A stretch of DNA of 64,000 nucleotides from Octopus sinensis (Eukaryota). The stretch is taken from positions 160,766,001-160,830,000 of the forward strand of contig NC_043000.1 in NCBI RefSeq assembly GCF_006345805.1, in the 5' to 3' direction. Each line of letters begins with the position of its first letter. Position 1 is the stretch's first letter. The translations under genes and the position numbers were made by a program. Positions 49,385 through 62,700 of this stretch are shown here, piece by piece. The notes beneath the pieces are model-generated. The model saw nothing but the letters and a program-made list of their open reading frames with translations. It did not search any database and was not told the DNA's origin.

Positions 49385-49745
49385 TTTTATTTCTTACATA
49401 TCTCAGTCACTGAACTTCGACCATTCTGGAACACCGCCTTCTAGGATTTTAGTACAACGAATCAAGCCCAGTACTTATACTTTTGTCCTGGTAATTATTC
49501 TACCAGTCTTTTTGCTAATAATGTTATTTACGGAAAATAAATGCACCAGCAGCGATTCGTGGGGACAAACATACTTAAACATACACACACAAAAACAGTC
49601 ACATACTCTATCACATATACACACACATATGTGTATATATCAGCTCACAAGGCTTTAGTCGGCTCGAGGCTACAATCGAAATCACATGCCTTGGGACTGA
49701 AAGCAGAAGAATGTAGTTGGGAAGCAAGCTTCTTATCAAACCACC
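49385..49745 (-). mobile_element. Degenerate SINE family B
   Basis: Reverse complement shows cagtccc, gccttgtgag, ataagtactgggc, ggcggtg, cagtgactga blocks. Confidence 0.55.
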
Positions 49746-49846
49746 ACCATTGCGTGTATCCCCGCAGCTACACCAGTGCATATAGAAAATAATAGATATG
49801 TGAGTGTGTATATATGTATATATATATATGTGTATAGATATTATAA

Positions 49847-49895
<49 letters not shown>

Positions 49896-49989
49896 TAGAG
49901 AGATACTCTTGACAATACAGCAATTTATTCATATTATAATATTTGATCGTCAGCTATGAAATTTGTAGAAAAGAAGAAAGTTTGCTAAT

Positions 49990-50200
49990 TTTTTATAGTT
50001 TTATTCATCAAAGTATGGAGCCATATTTTCAATACACTTTTGCCATTTCGGCGACAGCATGTCCAGCCCGAAACTGTAAAAGCCTGGCTATCGAGAGTCA
50101 AATCTTTGAAGGCCTGTTTTACAGCATCGCAGAGTTAATTTTTTTCCTATCAAAATGAGGGACCATGCATAGGGCATATCCAAACTCTATCAATACCTTC
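49990..50200 (-). mobile_element. Mariner 3' fragment
   Basis: FYSFGLDMLSPKWQKCIE resembles the mariner C-terminal FY..GI..L..RWQKCI. Confidence 0.5.
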
Positions 50201-50630
50201 AGAAGTAACAAACGACATTGATGTAATAAGAATATAATTTATAAACTATACAATACTAAATAATTATAATTTTGATTATTATATTTATTGAGGGAGTGAA
50301 ATGAAACTATTTATTATCATTATTATTATTATAATTATCATCAATTAATTAAGAAATTAAATAAGTGTATTTATACACCCATTCATTTAGTATAATGAAA
50401 ACATCTTATTTATGATATGTAATTAATATTAAATACTAATATGATAAATTTAACAGTAACAACAAGAATATGCGCTAAAATGAAGCAATTTAGAGTTGGT
50501 CCACTAATAATAAATTTTTGAAAATTAAGCTATTATATATATTGAAATGACAAAACCCAAGTATACACACAGAAACACACGCACACATACATACATACAT
50601 ACATACATACATACTACATACATACATACA

Positions 50631-50662
<32 letters not shown>

Positions 50663-50705
50663 CATATACGTATATATATATACGTATATATATATACATA
50701 TATAT

Positions 50706-50840
50706 GGTAGATTATGAGAATTGAAGGAAAGGTGTCCCATAGAAACTCAACAAACTGTTCAATTTTAACATCTCTTTTCCATCTTTAACGATTTGTTGAG
50801 TTCCTATGGGATACCTTTCCATAAGTTCTCATCACCCACC
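50706..50840. mobile_element. 135-bp MITE-like foldback element
   Basis: 49-bp inverted arms 50706-50754 / 50792-50840 (41/49 match), GG...CC ends, AT on both outer sides. Confidence 0.65.
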
Positions 50841-50976
50841 ATATACATGTAATAATTTCATATTCGCAAGAATCTTACACCAGTAAGCTACAAACGAAAT
50901 ATGAAGAATCTTTGTTAGAAATCGTCCCTTTGGAACACTGCGAAAGAAAGGATGAAATAGAACTCACCCTTTTCCC

Positions 50977-51013
<37 letters not shown>

Positions 51014-51759
51014 ATATACATATGCACACATATATACATATATAAACATATGCACATATATATACAAATACACACACATAAACATCTACACACATACATA
51101 CATATATATACACACATACATACATACACACATACATACATATATATACATACATATATTCTATAATTATAAACATAATTATAATTAGGGGTCAGCTAAT
51201 TTATTCACTACATACCGAATTTAGAAATAGGAGTTAAAAAATGGGGGTTATAATGATAATAAAAATAATGTTTATAATTATAGAATATTTGTATAATTTT
51301 ACCTATTAAGGTTATTTTAACGTACCCATCTACTTGGTAAAAATATTAATTAATTGATTGATTAATTAACTAATTTGATTAATTAATTTTACCCTTTTAT
51401 TATTATTACATACATATATATATACACACATATACCCGCATTATCAATAAATGATATACACACATATACATACATATGAATATAGAGACTTCCATAGACA
51501 AACGTGAACACATACATATACACATACACATACACATACATATATACATATACACGCATACACAGATATATATATATATACACATATATACATATATATA
51601 TATACCCATACACACATATATATACATATATATATATATATTTATATATATATCCATATATACACGCGCAGACACATACTTATGCATAACGACATATCGA
51701 TGGCATCAGATAAATAGAAAATAACATGGCACAAATTTAGAATAGTGTGTACAAATAGA

Positions 51760-52480
51760 ACACGTGTCTTTCATTAAGCAATTTCTTCATAGATGTAAAT
51801 ATTTTATATAATTCATCTATAAACAGGTTGCATCTAGGATCATTAATTTTATACGAATTTTCCAATTTAATTTATATGATTTCTTAATATCCTTTAATTC
51901 CCAAATTAGTTTACATTAACTAGTACTGTTACACCTATCTCTATTAGTGTATCTAAAGGTGTATTCATGTTTTGCTATCTGTTTTTTAGTAAAATGTTCC
52001 GTAGACCCTATGTAAAAATAATTTCTTCGTTCCGAATCCACCCTACATCTATATACAATATTGTACTGTAAACAAAATTATTAAATAAACACATATCCTT
52101 ATATCTACAATCACAGTTTCTAGCTAGATCATTATCTGTAATACTATTATTATTTTTTATTTTATTATAAAAATTGTCCACACTTTTATTATTAAAGGAG
52201 GAGATAATTCTAAACAATTTTTAGATACTGAAAGACCTATTCCAATCTGTTTATTATTAATTATTTTATTATATGTAAGTTCTTTCTTAAAGTACTTAGA
52301 TGTAGCTCTGTAAAATAGCTTGACCAGATTCGTTTTTATTTGTCATTGGATGTTTTGGGGTTGCCATGTGGCGCCTATTTATTATCATTAGACATACGTT
52401 TATGTAAATATTTGTTTTTATTCAAGCTATATTTACTACTCTTGTTTTTATTAATTTTAATAATATTGCTAATCATTATA
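51760..52480 (-). mobile_element. Penelope-like GIY-YIG remnant
   Basis: NCDCRYKDMCLFN, YIGSTE, LNWKI, KKLLNER traces. Confidence 0.6.
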
Positions 52481-52606
52481 ATTTACAAATAATTTGGATA
52501 TTTTCTACTATTACATTCACCCACGTCATTGTCAGTCAGTTTTTCCTTATTATAAGATTTGTTGTAGTTCCCATTCTTATTACAATATACTATTATACTC
52601 CAGTAT

Positions 52607-52988
52607 GTGGAGGCGCAATGGCCCAGTGGTTAGGGCAGCGGACTCGCGGTCGTAGGATCGCGGTTTCGATTCCCAGACCGGGCGTTGTGAGTGTTTATTG
52701 AGCGAAAACACCTAAAGCTCCACGAGGCTCCGGCAGGGATGGTGGTGATCCCTGCTGTACTCTTTCACCACAACTTTCTCTCACTCTTACTTCTTGTTTC
52801 TGTTGTGCCTGTATTTCAAAGGGCCGGCCTTGTCACTCTCTGTGTCACGCTGAATATCCCCGAGAACTACGTTAAGGGTACACGTGTCTGTGGAGTGCTC
52901 AGCCACTTACACGTTAATTTCACGAGCAGGCTGTTCCGTTGATCGGATCAACCGGAACCCTCGTCGTCGTAACCGACGGAGTGCTTCC
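52607..52988 (+). mobile_element. tRNA-derived SINE (family C 3' half, different central domain)
   Basis: A box tggcccagtggt, B box gtttcgattcc; 12-bp TSD atactccagtat (52595-52606) / atactccactat (52989-53000). Confidence 0.88.
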
Positions 52989-53055
52989 ATACTCCACTAT
53001 CTAGTGAATTGGATATTTAACACACACGTTTGAAGGATCTCGTTTCCTCAGTTGT

Positions 53056-53138
<83 letters not shown>

Positions 53139-53143
<5 letters not shown>

Positions 53144-54874
53144 CAACACATACCGAGAAGGACTCACGGACAAGGAGTACGAATACATCACTAACTTTAA
53201 GTGCAAATTAAGTTTGTTATACAGTATCCCTAAAGTTTACAAAAGCCAAATAATTAGTGAAACATGCAAAACATCTACTGATATACTCATCAAAATCCCT
53301 TCACCAAATGATCTTAAACTTAGACCGATAATAGCAGGCCCAGCATGTGAAACTCACCGTCTCAGCAATTTCTTAGACAGACTTCTTAAACCTTTCCTAA
53401 AGCACATCAAAAGCTACGTAAGAGACGATATAGACATCCTTAACCACCTCCCAAAAACAGTCAATGAGAAAACCCTTCTAGTATCCTTCGACGTAATTAA
53501 CCTTTATTCAAACATCCCTCACACCCTAGGAATAGAAGCGATCACTTTCTGGTTAAATAACTACTCCTTTGAACTCCCAACTCGCATATATAAAGAACTT
53601 ATAATAGAAGGACTTAGATTTATTTTAGAAAACAATTACTTTATTTTTGACAATAATTTCTACAGACAAAGATTGGGAACAGTGATGGGCACGCGTGCTG
53701 CGCCTTCTTTTGCCAACCTAGTGATGGGATATCTCGAGAAAATACTCTACCAGAAAACACTCGAGAAATATGGAAACACCATCTCCACTTATATCCAGAA
53801 CAACTGGAAAAGATACCTCGACGACTGCTTCATCCACTGGGATAAAGGTATAGAGAAACTTGAGGAATTTAAATGGAATAAATGATAATATTCAGTTCAC
53901 GATGGATCATAACGAAGAAAAATTGCCATTTTTAGACATCCTCATTAAGAAAACCGGCAACAAAATAGAGACAGATATATATTATAAACCGACAAACTCC
54001 AAGCAGTACCTACCCTTTGATTCATGCCACCCAAGACACACTAGAATAAATGTCCCTTTTTGTTTAGCTAGAAGGATTTGCACCATAATATCAGACACAA
54101 ACACCCGACACACACGTCTCCAGGAACTTAGAACTACACTCATTAATAGAAATTATCCACAACCCCTAATAGACAGTGAATCCACGAGCACTTAAATTAA
54201 GTATAGAAGACCTGAGACAAACAAAACCAAAAAAGAAAGAAAAATTAAAAAACCCTCCCTACATCTCTACACACAACCCACTTAACAATGAGGCCTTCAA
54301 CACCATACTACAAAGCACAGCCCTACTAAAGGGAGACCCAAAGATGAACCGGATCCTCGAAACACACACCATCATTAAAAGTAAACGGCAACCAAAATCC
54401 TTGAAAAAGATTTTAACCCAAGCTAAACTGCACTCAACATCAACCATAAAACCAGCAGTTAGAAAATGTGGAAAACCCAACTGCGGAATCTGTGTCATCT
54501 TGGTAGAAGGTTCAGAATTCACATTAGAACAAGGCCATCAGTTTACCATCAGAACAAACTTCACCTGTACATCAGTAAACTTAATTTACGTCTGAACATG
54601 CGCAGGTTGTAATAGGCTGTATATAGGCCATACAAAAAACAGCTTACGTAAAAGGATGGCGGTGCATAAATACCAAATTAGAAATCCTGAATACCGGAAA
54701 ATACCAGTCAGCGGACACATAGATAGATGTGCTTCAAATAAAAATCCGAAATTTACAACTTGCCCACTTTACAAATTCAGTGACAGCGTAACCTTCACTC
54801 AACGCCAAAATAAAGAACTTTATTTCATTAAAAAATTTAGACCAAGTTTGAACATCCTGGGCCAGGAATATTAA
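53139..54874 (+). pseudogene. Penelope-like element ORF: RT + GIY-YIG endonuclease, 5'-truncated, frameshifted
   Basis: LRPIIAG, LVSFDVINLYSNIP, FYRQRLGTVMGTRAAPSFANL, RYLDDCF, LPFLDI, DIYYKPT..QYLPFDSCHP; C-terminal NLIYV*TCAGC..LYIGHT..LRKRM..H...RQNKELYFI. Confidence 0.9.
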
Positions 54875-55584
54875 AACAAAACATTGGTCTTCCGAAAAGA
54901 AAAATGGAATTCTACCACAACCACCACGATCACTACGACTATCACTGCTACTACAACCACCGTGGTCACTACTATTGCGGCAACGATCAACAGTCCTCCA
55001 CTACTGCTACTGCTGCTACGGCCACAGCTTAACTGCTACAACCCCAACCACCACCACGGTTACCACTACTACGACCAACAGTAACTACTACTACTGCCAT
55101 TTCAGCCACTGGTCATACTGCTGCTGCTAGGACTGCCACAGCTTAGTCGCTACAACCAATAAGCTGCTACAACTCCATCCACCACCACGGTTACTACTAC
55201 TACGACCAACAATCACTACTGCTGCTACCATTTCAGTCGCGGGTCGTTCGAACACAAGGAAGCTAAAAAACAAGCACGTGGATCCTGTTGATACCACCAA
55301 GAAACAATAATGAACTTCTTGACTACACTCAACTTGAAATTTCTAGCTATTATACCTACCACCGACAAAACACCACCACATGGATTCTATTGAGACCAGT
55401 AAGAAACAATTATGAACTTTTCTATTACACTTTATTTTTTATAATATTTTTGATAAGGTTCGTTTTTTCAAGAACCGAAACATGTAAAATTCATAAGAAA
55501 ATTAAAATTTATCTAATATAGTGGCGTTTTCAAACTTCATTTTTACAAATATATACCCACTCGTATACGATCTACTCTTATTAT

Positions 55585-55635
<51 letters not shown>

Positions 55636-55639
55636 TATA

Positions 55640-56200
55640 ATATATATATATAACGGGAAGCTTTATGAAAATAGACAAAAGACGAAGGCAGGTGGAAAAC
55701 AAACGAACAATTGTATTAGTATGGCGCTCAGGAAATATAAATAAAACAAGTCTTTAACGTTTCGAGCCTACGCTCTTCAACAGAAAGATACACAGAGAGA
55801 AAAAAAACACAGAAAGAAGGAGAGAAAAAAATGCGTGCAGTAGCTAACGAATCAACATGGCGATCTGATTTCGGCCAGAGGTCAAAGATCAAACATGAGA
55901 CGCGAGAGCGAAATAAGGGGAGATAATAGGGTTGATAATAGGGTTGATAATAGGGTTGAAGGACCAGCTAATAGTGCGTAGGAGGGGTCTGGACGTGTGT
56001 ATGTATAGGGTTGGTGTATGTATTAGTATGTATAAGTGTGTGTGTGTGTGTATGAGAGAGTATTAGTGCGTAGGATTGGTCTGGACGTGCGTATGTATGG
56101 GGTTGGTGTATGTATTAGTATGTATTAGTACGTATTAGTATGTATTAGTTGGTGTATGTATTAGTATGGCACATCATATATGATGTGATGTGTAAAGTCG
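55640..56200 (-). mobile_element. Penelope-type pLTR/UTR fragment, opposite orientation to the adjacent PLE ORF
   Basis: Contains hammerhead-like motif, 12-bp tandem repeat (agggttgataat)x3 and internal duplications; related to 10820-11020. Confidence 0.5.
55751..55788 (-). ncRNA. Minimal type-I hammerhead-ribozyme-like motif (A6U variant)
   Basis: RNA UCUUU-CUGUUGA-A-GAGC-GUAG-GCUC-GAA-ACGU-U-AAAGA: 5-bp helix I, 4-bp helix II, palindromic ACGU helix III. Confidence 0.6.
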
Positions 56201-56473
56201 TGTGGTGTAGTGAGGAGAAGAGGGGGAGGGGGAGAAGAGGGGGGAGAGAAGGGGAGGGGAAGAAGAGGGGAGGAGAGGGGGGAGAGGAGAGGATGGGGGA
56301 GAGAGAGGAGAGGAAATTAAAAGAATTCTCGAACGCAGGATGAGTGTGAAAACAGCTTATAAATGCCCTTTGAAAGACGGAAAAAAATTCGTCCGGATTT
56401 CAGAAGTATAGGGTTCCATTCTCTAAAGAGGCTCCCTGCCCCCTTATATAATATATATATCTATATTGTTGTA

Positions 56474-57753
56474 TTAGAGTGTTCCGAAAATAATGGCCGC
56501 TTTAAGTGTTGTGTTTTGAAGCGCAATTTTAGCATAGTATTTTCATCATAGTTTAGGTGAATTTCGACATAGTTAATAATTGATATATGCTCTATTGCAA
56601 TGTTTTACTTATTTCATACACAAAACATTCTTGAAGCATGAGCACCGTTAATTATGAACAGGAAAAAATGACGTTCGATTACTTTTCTTGCATGAGGTCA
56701 AGCTTCGGCGTAATGCCTCCCAAACTACTGACAATATCAACAGACCATGGGGCGAGATGTGCACAAGAGATCGCAAAGTACGAAGGTGGTTTCAGAAATT
56801 CTGTAGTGGTGATGAGGGCCTTGAAGATGAAGAAGGTAGAGGACGGTCATGCAGTTTTGACAATGAACAATTGAATGCAACTGTAGAACCAAACCCGCGT
56901 CAAAGTGTCAGAGAAATGTCTCAGGCACTTAATGTCGGATTTGCAACGGTCTCACGTAATTTACAGAAGATTGGTAAGCTGAAAAAGTTCGAAACATGGG
57001 TACCGTATGAGCTCAAGGAAAATCAAAAAGTTCGACGTTGTAGTGTCTGATCCATACTCTTTCTGCAAAACACTAATGATCCTTTTCTTGAACGAAAAGT
57101 TACTTGTGACGTAAAGTGGATCCTTTATGATAACCGTAAACAATCAGGTCAATGGCTTGTTTGTGATGAGTCCTCCAAACATTTCCCAAAGTCAAAGTTG
57201 CATTAGAAAAAGATTACGGTGACTGTCTGGTGGTCTGCAATTGGTGTTGTCCGTTACAGTTTTCTGGAAGCCAATCAGAGTATTACAGTAGAGATTTACT
57301 GCAATCAACTCGCTAAAATGCATGCTCACTTGCCAAAAATGACACCTGCATTGGTGAATTGGCGTGGTCCAATTCTACTCCACGACAATACCAAGCTACA
57401 TGTTGCAAGAATGATACTGCAAAAAATAACAGACTTGGGATACGAGATTTTACCGTATCCCCCATATTCTGCTGATCTTCACCCACTGACTACCATTTTT
57501 TAAAGCATTTAAGCAAGTTTTTAAGTGATAAAACTTTCAGGTCCAAACCAGAGGTGGAATCAGCTTTTAAAGATTTCTTAACATCAAAGCCAATAAGTTT
57601 TTATTAACGAGGCATAAATAATCTCGTTGATCGATGGCAGAGATGCATAGTTGTTCACGTCTCATATTTTGACTAATCAAACATTTCTATTGTTAATTTT
57701 TGCAGAATAAAATTATGTTTCTGAAATTGGCCATTATGTTCGGTACAATCTAA
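56474..57753 (+). mobile_element. Full-length decayed mariner transposon, 1280 bp
   Basis: TIRs ttagagtgttccgaaaataatggcc / ggccattatgttcggtacaatctaa, TA TSD both sides; WVPYEL, TCDVKW, LLHDNTKLH, YPPYSADL motifs; stops and frameshifts. Confidence 0.92.
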
Positions 57754-57814
57754 TATCATGGTAGTTCATTGTTATTATCAAACTCTCACGCTGTTATTTC
57801 ACTCTGTGCTGTAC

Positions 57815-58025
57815 TATTATATCTTTTCTACTCTAGGCATAAGGATTGAAATTTTGGGGGAGGAGTCCACTCGATTAGAACAATCCTAGTACACAACTGG
57901 TACTTAATTTATCGACCCTGAAAGGATGAAAGGCAAAGTCGACCCCGGAGGAATTTGGACTTAGACGAAACACCGCTAAGCATTTCGCCTGGTGTGCGTA
58001 ACGTTTCTGTTAGCTTGCCGCCTTG
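57815..58025 (-). mobile_element. SINE family A
   Basis: Reverse complement of head (aggcggcaagcta), gtcgactttgcctttcatcc, taagtaccagttg. Confidence 0.75.
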
Positions 58026-59515
58026 CTGTACTATTGTACCATAAAATTATTCTAAAATTACAATAAAAGTTTAGGTACATCGTTTAGAAAATATTTTAAC
58101 ATTATTCGAAAGAGTAGTCGTTTCTTGTTAAATACTGATGATCAAGTCATTGAGGCTGTCGTCATTGTTACTTTAACCCACATATAACTGAGATCCAGTA
58201 AACGTATTATGTACGACTACCACATCCCTTTTCAAATGAATACAACATGAAATTCGTCTTCACGTTTTCTTATAATAGGTTGTATTAGAAGGAATAAATC
58301 CCTGATAATTCTGAAATGTCATTCTGCTGCTTTCATGGTTGACTGTTAATACGCTGGCTGTCCAATGCATTTTCATAAGATGGTCCTAAACGTCCAATAT
58401 TTTTTTTATAGTTAGTCCTTGTTTCCTATGTTCATACGAAAGTCTTCGTTTCATATACGATGGTAGAAAATACAGGAAATTTCCATCGTAGTATCATATA
58501 TGATGTGTGGATTCCAAGGAAATATATCTTGTGAATCCCAGTTGATATACTGGAACGTATAGATTGTATCACAATTCATATATGACGAAGTGCCACCGGC
58601 AAAATTTCACGTACTTTCTTCTAATCATAAGCATTTTAAATTCAAATCGTGCAAATGCTGAGGTGTCGTTTTGCCTTTGCTGTTGCATTATTATCTTGGA
58701 GTATACTATACAATGTACCCTTACTCTTTAAAGGTGTTAAACTGTGGATCAAGAGAAATATTACTACTGTTTCTAGCAGATGAATGGACGTCATAGAGGA
58801 TTTCACGTTGGCTCATTCTTGGATCGATACATGGCTAATAATAAATTATACATACTCAGATATATTCAATCGATTACACCACTTCCGAGTTGTATTTGTG
58901 TCTTTGTGTCATTAAGAAATTAATTGTACAGCTTCGTGGCACAGACTGTGGACAGGAAGAAAATGACTCCAAAATATATTTATGTCTTTTTCGCGCTCAA
59001 GTTTAAATCGTACGAAGTTCACTTTTTTACCTTTTATCTTTTTGGCATTGGTAAAATAGTAACAGTGACGTAGCAAATTCCATTAATTCGATTACAACCG
59101 TTCGCTATAGCAGTTAATTAGCAGATTAAGTAGAATGCCATGCGCACTCGTTCCGGCACACTCTCTAAATCCAAAGGCGGTCACTTCTTACCTGTCAGCT
59201 TTTTGGTGTTAGTCCATTATAGGGTGTCGAGGTTTTGTTTTTTATTTCTTAATCTGTTTCATAATCTCCCTCTTTGTATTGGATCTGCACGTCAAAGATA
59301 TTATGTGACTTCCATATTGTGTGTGGTTGGTTCCTTGTTTCACTTGTTTGTAAACTCTCAGTCACTTACACTTTAATTTCACGAGCAGGAATCCAGTTAA
59401 CCGAACAAGCAAACCCTCATCTTTCAGACTGCTGGAAAATCTCTTGGCCACCTTCTCTGCAATTTGTTAATTTCTATCAATGCGTAAAATCAATGCTTAT
59501 CATATATTCCTTATT

Positions 59516-59912
59516 TCTTTACTGCATAAGGGCTACGCACAGAGGGGACAAACAAGGACAGACAAACAGATTAAGTCGATTATATCGACCCCAGTGCGTA
59601 ACTGGTACTTAGTTTATCGACCCCGAAAGGAAGAAAGGCAAAGTTGACATCGGTGGAATTTGAACACTGAACATAGCGGCAGATGAAATACTTATTTCTT
59701 TATTACCCACAGAGGGTACAAACAAGGACAGACATAGGTATTAAGTCGATTACATCGACCCCAGTGCGTAACTGGTATTTAATTCATCGACCCCGAAAGG
59801 ATGAAAGGCAAAGTCAACCTCGGCGGAATTTGAACTCAGAACGTAATGGGCAGACGAAATACGGCTATGCATTTCGTCCGACGCGCCAACGTTCCTGCCA
59901 GCTCGCCGCCTG
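59516..59912 (-). mobile_element. SINE family A with duplicated body (partial dimer), 25-bp flanking direct repeat
   Basis: Two tandem bodies; flanks caatgcttatcatatat(tc/tt)cttatt at 59491-59515 and 59913-59937. Confidence 0.85.
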
Positions 59913-60408
59913 CAATGCTTATCATATATTTCTTATTAAGCATCAGTGGTGTGGATGATAAATGGTTGAATATATTTATAGAATAACTGAGCATGTAGTA
60001 TCTTTCTTCGTCTATTTATGCTGTGTTCAAACAACACGGTGACTTTGCTTTTCGTTATTATGGAGATTGAAAGAACAATTTCCTCCTGCCCCGCCAAAAA
60101 AAGTTCTGTGATTGCTTACAACAACACATCACAAAAAGGTTGGATATATGAAATATGTTAAAAATTATCAAGTTTATCAGTAAGGCGATTGAACGAGTTC
60201 TAAATAGAATTTGAAACACTGTTACGAGTTTCATTTTATGAGAATCAACTAAATCAGTGTGCAAATGGTAAAACAAATAATTAAAAATATGATTAAACAG
60301 ATAAATATCCTCGAAGAAATATATATTTATTATTACATTATATTGGATTCTTTTTTTTTAATCGCGTTTTGATACAGAATGACAAAATTTAAATACAGAT
60401 TAATAGGC

Positions 60409-60441
<33 letters not shown>

Positions 60442-60463
60442 TTTGGTGGTGGTGGTGGTGAAG

Positions 60464-60500
<37 letters not shown>

Positions 60501-60816
60501 TAGTAGTAGTAGAAGAAGAAGAAGAAGAAGAAGAAGAAGAAGAAGAAAGAAGAAGAAGAAGAAGAAAGAACTGGAAGAGGAAGACAGCGACGAGTGATAG
60601 TTAAATATAAATAAGCAATTAAAAATGCAAATTAGTGGTGAAGAGAAGAAGAGTGAAAGAAAGTGTAAGTTTGATAAGGGGAAAGATATATGAGGGTGAG
60701 AATTGAAAGGGTGTGTACATTGGGAGAGTGAGGCGAGAAGGAAATAAAAGGAAGAAAGTAAAAAAGACAAGGGAAATATTTGAATGCGGAGAAGAGGTGA
60801 GATATAATAAACAAAG

Positions 60817-60827
<11 letters not shown>

Positions 60828-60912
<85 letters not shown>
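60828..60912. repeat. (GATA)n microsatellite, uninterrupted
   Basis: Direct reading. Confidence 0.95.
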
Positions 60913-60914
<2 letters not shown>

Positions 60915-62346
60915 AAGAGAGAGAAATAAACGATAAAATAAAGAGTATATATATATCTGAGGGGCTTCATTTATTTTCCGACTACCAGATCCACTCACAA
61001 AACTTTGGTTGCCCCGAGGCTATAGTAGAAGACACTTGCCCAATGTGCCAAGCAGTGGGACTGAACCCCACACCACCACTCTTGCGCCTGAAGGCAGCAA
61101 AATAATAACAATTAACAATGAAACTTAACAAAATTCTCTAATAGAAGAAAGTACCACACAGGAGCAACTGCTTATCTCTACAGATTCTGGATCACCGCGA
61201 TCGAAAAGAGTATCACTGTAACTCTCCTAACGATTCAAATTTATAGTATGCCCACTCATTCGGACCATCTTTGTTATATGCAATCACTTTTCCACTCTCG
61301 TCTTCGATTTCAAATGGAAATTTTGAAAGTCGATGAGTACTTGCCTGAAGAGGAAAGTGTGGTACTCATCTTTACATTTTTTGTAATATAGCTATCGTGA
61401 AATGGAAAACTGCTTGCCTTTCTCGACCAAAGGAGGGTGTTAGAGCAATCAGCACCATGGAGCCGTCAGATACCCGGACTCGTCCTTCACATAATACTCT
61501 TCGACTTAAGTCCCTGCGCTAGCACTCTTCGGGTATGCTTCTTGCCCGATGCATACCTTCATGAGGCCCGCAGCATTTTGTCCTGAACCGACAATGTACC
61601 CCACCCAGCGGCACTGTCAGATTGCAAGTTCCTGGAAATTATCATAGGCCCTGGACTTTTACTCTACAGAAAAAGATCTGCTTCATATTTTATTACACGT
61701 AAACAACACTGATCCTTTACACAACACCATGACTGAAAATCGTGCTTATTGTTACTATTATTGTTGCTGTTGCTGCTGCTTTTGAGGTTGTTGTTACTGA
61801 TATTGCTGCATGCTTATATGTATCAGCCATCATGCTTATTTGACTAGTTCTCAAAATGGCTGTTACAAGCCATTCATACCCTCCATTTCTAAACCATGTT
61901 TTTGTTGGTTTTTTTTGTGTTAAATCAATTGTTAAATGCAAATAAAATGCAGCAAATTCCGATTCGAAGAGCCAAGATAAAGCGGAATTGAAGATTTCCT
62001 TGGAACCTTCGTCAGATTAGCAACAAAACAGAACAAATCTTTTGAAGAAGTTTTCAAATAAACAAAATGTAATACCGATACATGAAAACATCATCAACCA
62101 CAATTCTACTACGTACAATAGCAATAATAATAATAATAATAATGGTTTAATATTTTGGCACAAGGCTAACAATTTCAGAGAAGGGAGTAAATCGATTACA
62201 TTGTCACCAGGATGAAGGGTAAAGTTGACATCGGTAGAATTTGTACTCAGTACGTTAAGACGGACGAAATGCCATTAAATATTTTTCCCGGGATGCTAAT
62301 GATTCTGCTAGCTCACCGCAATAATAATAATAATGATAATAATAAT

Positions 62347-62700
62347 CTTACCAACCACATGGTTCCGGGTTCAGTCCCACTGCGTGGCACCTTGGGCTAG
62401 TGACTTCTGCTATAGCCTCGGGCTGACCAAAGCCTTGTTAGTGGATTTGGTAGACGGAAACTGAAAGAAGCCCGTCGTATATATATATATATATGTTTGT
62501 GTGTCTGTGTTTGTCCCCCCTAGCATTGCTTGACAACCGATGCTGGTGTGTTTATGTCCCCGTCACTTAGCGGTTCGGCAAAAGAGACCGATAGAATAAG
62601 TACTGGGCTTACAAAGAATAAGTCCCGGGGTTCAGTTGCTCCATTAAAGGCGGTGCTCCAGCATGGCCGCAGTCAAATGATTGAAACAAGTAAAAAAGTA
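62347..62700 (+). mobile_element. SINE family B, 5'-truncated
   Basis: High similarity to 29480-29872. Confidence 0.85.

Noticed and set aside
51755-51800. Hammerhead-like ctatgaag...gaaagacacgtgt on the minus strand
   Set aside because: Better explained as codons (TSMKKLLNER) at the end of the GIY-YIG remnant
52607-52680. tRNA-like sequence (also 29455-29520 and 41450-41519)
   Set aside because: A/B boxes and D-arm present but no acceptor or T-stem pairing; continues into SINE body with TSDs
55925-55960. Telomere-like repeat (tagggttgataa)x3
   Set aside because: 12-bp unit is not TTAGGG; lies within a PLE-type UTR
61332-61370. 9-bp inverted repeat gatgagtac/gtactcatc enclosing ctgaagaggaaa
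   Set aside because: Expected by chance in 64 kb; no helix II, so not a hammerhead
61380-61670. GC-richer unique segment that might be coding or RNase H-like (VSDGS)
   Set aside because: Stops in the relevant frames and no further motifs; cannot be supported
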